64,000 nt of DNA from the NCBI GenBank assembly GCA_965214005.1, contig CBDCAQ010000009.1:79758-143757 (forward strand), in the 5' to 3' direction. Numbering within the stretch: position 1 is the first letter of the stretch; each line of letters opens with the position of its first letter. This DNA is from Bryobacteraceae bacterium (lineage in GTDB: Bacteria > Acidobacteriota > Terriglobia > Bryobacterales > Bryobacteraceae). A program made the translations under genes and the position numbers. Below are positions 48,319 to 56,500 of the stretch, one piece after another. The notes under the pieces were generated by a model that did no database searches, was not told the DNA's origin, and was given only the letters and a program-made list of their open reading frames with translations.

Positions 48319-48954
48319 TTACTTTCTTCCGGACGCAGCTCGGATCCGCAGTGCGGAAGGTGCTAGCTGGCCTTGCTTCCGTGCGGTTTGTAAGGCATGG
48401 CCGAGCCATGCAAGATCGTCCAACATGACAGTGAGGTTTACCTGTAAGGCATGGTTTACCGGTTGACCAGCCTCATCAAATGCACCTGTCACAAACGGAA
48501 CTAGGGTCGGCGTTCTCACAGGGATTGCCTCTGTCTCCACCATGATCTGGGTCAGGTGTTCAACGGCTCTGGCGCCAGCGGTGGGGCCTAGGCTGTACGC
48601 TACGAACGCGACGGCCTTCTGCCGGAACTGGAAGGAGAAGAAAACCGAGTCAATCGCATTCTTCAGCACTGCCGGGATGCTCCGGTTGTACTCCGGCGTG
48701 ACAACGATGTATGCGTCGGCTTCTTTGATCTTGTCATTCCATCGCTTTACGAGCGGGTCTGAGTAGGTCGGGTTCGTGAAGTCCCCGACCGTTTCAATGG
48801 TTTCCTGAAACATCGGCAGCGGCCAGTCGCGCAAATCCAGCGTTTCTACCTCGAAAGCACCGTGCGCGATCAACGCAGGGACGCACCAACGGCAAACAAG
48901 TGCCGCATTCCTTCCCTCTCGGGTACTGGCAATGATGATCTGCAGCTTTAGCAT
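48319..48954 (-). CDS. NADPH-dependent FMN reductase family protein
   Basis: LQIIIASTREGRN and YIVVTPEYNRSIPAVLKNAID are typical NADPH-dependent FMN reductase motifs. ATG at 48954 follows AAGGAG. Confidence 0.8.
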   Translation of the reverse strand: MLKLQIIIASTREGRNAALVCRWCVPALIAHGAFEVETLDLRDWPLPMFQETIETVGDFTNPTYSDPLVKRWNDKIKEADAYIVVTPEYNRSIPAVLKNAIDSVFFSFQFRQKAVAFVAYSLGPTAGARAVEHLTQIMVETEAIPVRTPTLVPFVTGAFDEAGQPVNHALQVNLTVMLDDLAWLGHALQTARKQGQLAPSALRIRAASGRK

Positions 48955-49014
48955 GGATGCATGACTCCTTCTTCCTGCGTGCGCACGCCTGACGAAGGGG
49001 TGTCCGGCGCGTGC

Positions 49015-49061
49015 GTGTTGACACATCAACACCGTATACGTGAATTGTTGACGTGTCAACA
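49015..49061. promoter_or_regulatory. two related inverted repeats (candidate MarR operators) in the divergent promoter region
   Basis: GTGTTGA-CACA-TCAACAC lies at 49015-49032 and TGTTGAC-GT-GTCAACA at 49046-49061. They share the TGTTGAC half-site and lie between the FMN reductase and MarR genes. Confidence 0.45.
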
Positions 49062-49084
49062 TCAACCAACTAAGGTGGTCAGAG

Positions 49085-49522
49085 ATGCCCCCTGAGCTTA
49101 CAAAACAGGAACTCGACTCTTGGCTGAGCTTCCGCTACATGGTTGAGGAAACGAGCCTGAGTGTCAGCCGCGCGCTGATGGAAGCGACAGGAATGTCAGG
49201 CGGTCAGTTCGGCGTTTTGTCGATCCTGGCACGGATCCCGCAGAACGCTATGCGTCAACAGGAACTGGCAGACGCAATGCGTTGGGACCGAACTCGCCTG
49301 TCACACGTTCTTACGAGAATGGAGGCTCGCGGCTGGATCAAACGGATGAAGGTTAGAAAAGGGGCGACACTTGTTCTGCTTGCAGACCTTGGCGGGACAG
49401 AGCAGCGAACGGTAGCTCCTGTGCTCGCAGCGATCGTAAAGGAAAGGTTCTTCGATCGCCTGAGTCAGGCGCAGCTCGACACTCTGTTGGAGATTCGCAG
49501 AACCCTTGAAAGGCATGAGTAG
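49085..49522 (+). CDS. MarR-family transcriptional regulator
   Basis: 145 aa with a winged helix (FGVLSILARIP...QQELADAMRWDRTRLSHVLTRMEARGWIKR), divergent from a redox enzyme gene. Confidence 0.85.
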   Translation: MPPELTKQELDSWLSFRYMVEETSLSVSRALMEATGMSGGQFGVLSILARIPQNAMRQQELADAMRWDRTRLSHVLTRMEARGWIKRMKVRKGATLVLLADLGGTEQRTVAPVLAAIVKERFFDRLSQAQLDTLLEIRRTLERHE

Positions 49523-49757
49523 CGGTCCGTCGCGTGCGGAAGCAAGATTACGGGACTTCGTACTGGCGCACACGCGAAGGAAAAAGATCGCCCGCCGGCC
49601 CCTTTCGCTGGTGTCTTCAGGTTGGTACCGAATCTACTAGGCTTTGTGGACGCAATTGACGATGAAACCGCCATCAACGTGATTGGCGTTTCCGCCTGGC
49701 ATGCGTGCGCGTGCAGAAGAGATCGTTTTGGGACTCTCAACGCTTTACGCGGCAAGT

Positions 49758-50195
49758 AAACCAAACCTGCTAGGGAGCTCTGCCCCCACGCGCGAGCAAG
49801 CCGTTGGAAAATGCTTAGTGCATCTCCAGGTATTCGCTTCCTCCGGTCCCTCCGGGACCGCCGTTTCAGGGCACTTTTCCGCACAGCGTTGCACTTGCTA
49901 CCCCTCGCAGGCGTGGGCCTGCTCCAAGGCGTGTCTGAGCGCAGCCACAGCCAAACACTGAGAAGCGAGAAACATCCCATGAACACCACACAGAGCAGCA
50001 ACGCCACCACGAACAACGAAAACCAGCAACATCGCCACCCTTTCCGCACCCCCCCAAACCGCAGACTTCCCGCGAAGTCATCCAGGCCAACGTGCAACTC
50101 CTCATCGAGCAGCTTGAGGCAGGACACAGCGAAGGCCTCACCGCCTACCCCACGCTATGGGCCACTTTCACGACTACAGCTTCGGGAAACGGGAG
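49758..50195 (+). repeat. direct repeat copy A: diverged duplicate of the ardC leader and 5' coding region
   Basis: It aligns base for base with 59456-59875, including a 55-nt identical run (49867-49921 = 59565-59619). Confidence 0.8.
49979..50195 (+). pseudogene. truncated, frameshifted ArdC N-terminal fragment
   Basis: The same ATGAACACCAC start is used as the intact gene. A 22-nt and a 1-nt insertion put the conserved REVIQANVQLLIEQLEAGHSEGLTA segment out of frame. Homology ends after about 60 codons. Confidence 0.65.
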
Positions 50196-50549
50196 ATGAC
50201 CGAGAGCAAAATCAAGTCAGCCTAAAAGCTGCTCCGCCAGCGGTGTAAGCCGCGCGACCTGGCCAGTAATCTCGCGTTGCCGTCCTTACCTCTACCGCTG
50301 GATCCCCTCCTCCAGCCAAGCTCAGCGTGCTTGATTGTCCGTTTTTCTGACAGGACCCACTGTCTCTCTGCGCCCTCTGGTATCTCTCAACTCTCCATGA
50401 CGACCGGCTTGCAGGCGCAGCAGGCGAAAACCTTGGCCCACTTTGTAGCGGCTGGCTAAGAACCTAGCTGAAGAGGATTGAATCACTTAGCGATTTGGCA
50501 GAATGGCGGCGATGGAAATTGAGTGCTATCACCGCCCGACTGCTGCGGC

Positions 50550-53500
50550 CTACCAGCCGATGGTGAAGGTCATGTGCTCGGGCTGCTGCGTTGTGTTGGT
50601 GGTGCTTTGGTTATTGTTGTCGTCGTAGGAGAAGCCGTAGGCCAGCCCGCCGACAGAGTGGTTATGCCAAAATTGCGAGTAGAAGTTAGCCGGTGTGCTG
50701 GCATAGTAGCTCGCAGCGTTGGCCCAGTTTGCCGGCGCGGAGAGTACACCCCGGTTGATCGCCGAACAGATCTGGTTTTCGAGTTGAAGTTGCACAGCAT
50801 TCTCGTCCCCCTGTGCGGCGGAACTGCCCGCCACCCCGCTGGCCATGGTGCCGGCACAGCCTAGAACGTCCTGCGTGGAGGGCTGCTGGACGACGAAGCG
50901 CTCGCCAGCATGGGCCGCCGAGGGATTAGCCTCCTGAAACGTGAGGCTTGCTCCGCTTGCGGTGCCGGTGTAAGTGCGGCCGGACAGGGTAATGGAAAGA
51001 GGCTTCGTCTGGTAGCTTGCCCAGGCCTGTGCGATGGTGGCATCGAAGTAGTTGCCATAGGGAGCACCCGCTGCAAGTCCCATCTTCGCCGGAGAAAAAA
51101 TCCGGAGGTTAGACATAGCTGGCGGCTGGAACTGTAATGGCACTTCCTTTGCAAACTCCTGATCGAGTTGCGCAATCGACTCCGTGATTCCAGTCTGCTT
51201 GTGGAAGCTGCCGGCGTTAGCCCAGACATCGAGCAGGAGCGGCAAGCCGAACTGGTCCACCTGCGTGGTGTTGATGTAGACCGTGTTCGCGTTGGCCGTG
51301 CCTCCGTAGTTGAACTCGTACCAGTCGAAGTGCGTGTTGAAGTTAGGGTCTGAGCCGTTCTGCGGATTGGGTCCCGCATAGCCGTTTATCTTACCGTTCT
51401 TGTCTGCATAAACCTGTACGTAGAGCGGCGCTCCAAGCGAGATGTAGGCTCGCGCGGAGGTAAGCAAGGGCAGCTTGAGCAAAGTACTCTGCGCGAGGGT
51501 GAACGAGTAGTTGCCGTAGCCGGTTCCGTTGGCTGCGGTCAAATGATTCGCTGCGCTCGCATCGTTTAGCGTGAAATCGACAACCGAGCCGGCGGGAGTG
51601 ACATAAGCAAACTGTCCGTTGGCCGGGTCCATGCCGATGACCGTGACGTACACCTGGTTGTTGGCCCAGGCCCCGTGAGTGTTGTTGACGAGATCTACCC
51701 CGAGGAAGCCGGGATAAACCGTATAGCTGCCGACGGTGAGAGTGGCGGGCATGGAGGTGACGGTCGCCGTGCCGGCTGCATTGCCGACTGTGACCGTGAA
51801 CTGCGCGCCACTGTCGGCGGCCGTGAGTGTGGAGGTTGTGTAACTCGCAGCGGTTGCACCTGTGATGAGCGCGCCGTTACGAAGCCACTGGTAGGTGAAC
51901 GGTCCGGTGCCACCGGCTACGACGTTGAAGGTCGCCGTCCCGCCGATTGTGGCGCTCTGGCTGGCCGGCGGTTTCGTAATGCTGAGGGTTCCGGAAGGAG
52001 CTGTGGGGTTCGATCCGTAGACCTCTAACTCATAAAGCGAATAGCCGTACTGCGATCCACGGGTCGTACCGTACATGCGCACATAACGTGCGCTGATAGG
52101 GGTGAAGCTCAGGTTCTCCACCCCACCAAAGCCGGCTGACTGCGTAAAGACGGGCGTCCAGCTTTTGCTGTCGCTTGAAGCCTGTATCTGATAGGCCTTG
52201 CCGTAGGCTGCCTCCCAGCGCAGCACGACCTGGTTGATGGTGGTGGTGGTGCCCAGGTCGACGGCAATCCATGAAGGATCGACACCGGCTGCGGAGGCCC
52301 AGCGTGTCGTCTGGTCTCCGTCCACCGCGAAGGCTGCGCCGAGCGATGCTTCATCCTGACTGCTGCTGTCCGTAGCGGGTTTGTGCAAGGCAAGGTTGAG
52401 CGTGGTGGGCGTGGAAGAGGTGACAGTCAAGGCCACCGCCGCGGGTGTGGTGGTGCCGGAAGCGTTGGTCACCTGAACAGCAAAGGTACTGCCGCTATCG
52501 GCGGACTTCAGCGCAGGAGTGGTGTAGGTTGCGGCGGTAGCCCCGGCGATGACCACGCCGTTGCGCAGCCACTGGTAGGTGAACGGGCCGTTGCTGCCCG
52601 CGGTAACCGTAAAGGTTGCCTTAGAGCCCGCAGCGGCGGTCTGGGCTGCGGGTGCCGAAACGATCGCAGGCAGGTTGGCACCAAACGCCTGGAACTCAAA
52701 GAGCGAGTATCCGTACGCTGTCGCTCTCGTAGTTCCCTGCATTCGCAGGAAGCGTGCCGTGACGGGGCTGAAGTTCAGCGTTTCGACGCCACCGGTCCCG
52801 GCCGTTTGCGTGTACACAGGCGTCCAGTTCTGCGCGTCGTTCGAAGCCAGGATCTGGTAGGCCTTGCCGTAAGCCGACTCCCAGTAAAGCACCACCTTGC
52901 TGACCTGAGTGGAGGAGCCTAGGTCAACCTGGAACCAGGCCGTGTCAGAAAAGGCGGAAGACCAGCGAGTTGTGAGGCTGCCGTCTACAGCGTTGATCGG
53001 CGCCAGCGATGCGTTCTCGTCTCCGCTGCTGGTCGCGGTTTTGTAGAGCGCAAGGTTGGTGGAACCGGCTACAGGACTGGTGACCGTTACCGCCGCTACG
53101 GACGAGGTGACAGAGCCCGCGGCATTGCTGACGACCACGCTGTACTTGCCGCCGTTATCAGCCCCGTACAGCGAGGGTGTGGTGTAGGTGGCGGCGTTAG
53201 CATTCGCCACGCTGGCACCATTCAGAAGCCACTGGTAGGTAAAGGGCGCGACACCTCCTGCAACGACCGTGAACTGTGCCTGGGCGCCTGCCGTAACGGT
53301 CTGCGCGACGGGTTGGGTCACGATCGTCGGCAGGGCCGACGCATACACCTCGAACTCCCACAGTGAGTAGCCGTAGATGCTCGAGCGTGCCTGCCCGTTC
53401 AACCGCACATACCTTGCGTTGACGGCGTTGAAGGTGATGTTTTCCGTTCCACCAAGTCCGTTGGCCTGCTGGTAAACCGGCGTAAATTTGACCCCGTCGG

Positions 53501-56500
53501 GCGAAGTAAGGATTTGATATTTTGTTCCGTAAGCCCGCTCCCAGCGCAGTACCACCTGCCCAATCGCCTGCACGGAACCGAGATCAACCTGCAGCCATTC
53601 GGCATCGGCAAACGCAGAAGACCAACGTGAGGTCAGATCGCCGTCAAAGGCCGCGGACGGCGGAAGCACGTTGCTGTTCTCATCGCCGCTGCTGCTTGCA
53701 ACCTTCTTGAAAGCAAGGTTTGCGCCTGCAGGGATAGGACCGTTGCAGAAGCCCGGGATAGCGGCGTCCGTTGCGCCTGCGCTGCAGGAGCTGGGCTGCG
53801 TGGGCGCGACCGGCGCGGCGGTCACCGTCAACAACGCATGGGTGCTTGTCACCGTCGCCGTGGAGTTGCTGACGACCACGCTGAAGACCGCATTATTATC
53901 CGCTGAGGACAACGTCGTCGTAACGTAGGTTGAGGCCGTTGCGGACGCGATGGCCGCACCATTACGCAGCCATTGATAGGTTGGTGCGGGTGAGCCGGTG
54001 GCCGTGACGGCGAAGGCGGCCGTTTGTCCAACGGCCACGGTCGTGGGTTGTGGTTGAGCACTGATGACAGGTGCCTGCGAGACGAAATTTCCCGATGTAC
54101 AGAGGACTGCGCCGGGCCAGTTTTTGGTGACCTTATAGCTCGCGGTCCCGTCGAAGTTGACCAGCGCCGTCTCGGAAGCATCCTGCGGGTCCACCGTGGA
54201 CGTCCAAGTGTTCCACGTGCCGGGGAACGCGCAGGAAGCGTTGTTGCTGCCACTGATACCTAGCGCTTCAGACTGCGTGGGTACCCGCATGTTGATGCTC
54301 TTGCAGTAGTTCACCGCGTCTACGCCGGTGAACTGCGAGCCCGCTGCGCTGTCGGTCTGGATGGTCCGCGTCCAAGTGAGTCCGATAAGGTTATCGAGCA
54401 CCAGGGCGGCGTTGTGGGCATTGACCGTGTAGCGCTCGTTCGAGCCGCCGCATTGAGCCACGTCATACACCTGGAACTCAAGCAGGGAGTAGCCATACTG
54501 CGTTGCGCGCTGCAGGCCCAGCATGCGTACGTAACGCGCCTGCACGGTAGGAAAGTTAAGGGTCTCCACGCCGCCAGAGCTGAGAATCACCTTGGTCGCA
54601 TCCTGCCAGGCAGGGTTGGTCGCAGGGTCCTGATTGGTGTACTGGATCTTGTACTGTGCGGCGTAGGCGTTCTCCCAGTTCAAGATGACGGTGTTGAAGC
54701 CCTGAACGCTGCCGAGATCAACCTGCAGCCACGAGGGATCGACTCCCGCGACGACGGTTGCGGGCGGCTGGCCGGCAGAAGCAGAGGCCCAGCGGCTGTT
54801 GACGTTGCCGTCGACTGCGTTCTCCGCACCGAGGCAGTTGACGCCGCTGAGCGGAGGAGTGGTGGTCTGATCCGTGCAGGCGTTTTGCGTGCTGCTGGCG
54901 GTGGCTACACGGTTGAGCGCGAGGTTGATGCCGGGGGGCGCAAGCGTGAGCTGCGCCGCGGCACTGGTGACCGCCGTGTTGGCCGCATTGTTGACCGTGA
55001 GCGTATAGGAGCCGACCGTGGAAGCACTCATCGCGGGAACGTTGTAGGTGATGATGTTCGCGGTCTGCGTGTTGCTGACGAGGATGGAGCTGGCGCCTCC
55101 CGCGGGGGTGAAGTTCCACGAGTAGGTGAACGGCGCGGAGCCGGCCACGGTTGCGCTGAGCTGCACCGGCTGATTGACCGGAACGATTCTTCCCTGGGGT
55201 TGTGCGGTAAAGCTGACGGGAATTGGCGCGGTGACCGTAAGTGCGACGGTCGCGGACTGTACCTGGTTGAGTGGGTTCGTCACAACGACATAGACGCTCG
55301 AAGTGCCTGCCGACAGGAGAACCGGTGTGACGTACGTGCTCTGTGCGCCGTTTGCCACGGGAGCGCCGTTGACGAACCATTGATAGCTGAGTTGAGGCGA
55401 ACCACTGGCCGCAATTGTGAACGTCGCTGCCTGACCGACGACAGCGTTCTGTGACTGCGGCTGCAGGGTGATTGCCGCGTTGGCATCAGCGCTGACAGTG
55501 AGCTTTACAGCGTTCGAGGTGACGTTGCCGAAGTTGCTGGAGATGGTGACGCTGACGGTCTTGCCGTTGTCTGCAGCGGTGGTCGCAGCGGTGCTATAGC
55601 TCGTGCCGGTAGCCCCCGAAATCGCCGCCCCATTCACATACCACTGGTAGAGCAGCGTTCCCGAACCACTGGCTGCCACCGTAAAGGTTGCCGGGTAGCC
55701 CGAGGAAACGGAAGTATCGACCGGCGGCACGATGATCGATGGCGCCTGCGACTGCACCGGAGCAGCCGGTGCGACGGACGCAAGCTGGACACTGCCGCTC
55801 ACGAGCCCTGGCGCGGAGGCCGTGACCGTGACGCTGCCCGGAGCGAACGTGCTGCGCAGTGCGATCTTCTGCAGGCCGCCTTCGAAGTTCAACTCGGGAT
55901 CGCCGGGTGAGTGAAAGAAGGCATACGGCACGCCATTGACAACGTTGACGTTCGCCTTTGAGAACGCATCCTGGTAGTACGTGCTGACGGCGGGGTCTGC
56001 GACAAGCTGCTGGGTGCCGCCCATGTAGGTGGCCGGCCCGCTCACGCTGAAGGTGACGTTGTCCGCTGCAGTGGGAACCAGATTCCCTTGCGCGTCCTGC
56101 ACCTGCGCAACGATGAAGGCGGCGTCAGAACCGTTCGAGGTCCATTGAAAGCTGGTGCCGTCCGGCCGTGTCACGTTGGGCACCACGGAAAGCACGATCT
56201 TGTTTTCCGCGCCCGCGGTCGTGCGTGTGTCGGACGCTCCCTGCACCACATTGCCGCTCGCGTCGATACACTCCGCAGTGACGGTGCCCGGTGCCCAGTT
56301 CACCATCCAGTGAACCTGGCCCGGCATGGTGGTCACGTTCTGGTTAATGCTGTTGTTCGTCGCTATGTTCCAGGGATTGGGCGTCTGGTCGGCGAGCGCG
56401 GCGCCGGTCACCGGGTCCTTGGCGACGCCATTGATAAGCAGGCGGACGGCAGGGCAATTGCTGAAGGCGTTTTCCTGCAGCGGCGTGCCCGCAGTGTACT

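Noticed and set aside
49523-49757. Search for a tRNA gene or att site at the edges of the repeat-bracketed segment (also 59200-59455 and 63718-64000)
   Set aside because: I could find no cloverleaf-compatible sequence, no GTTCGAATC-type T-arm, and no short terminal direct repeats by eye. The element borders remain undefined.
51732-54077. Regularly spaced repeats that might be mistaken for a CRISPR-like or satellite array
   Set aside because: The period is about 660-740 bp, the repeats are in frame, and they encode Ig-like and discoidin domains within one long ORF. There are no short repeat/spacer units or cas genes.
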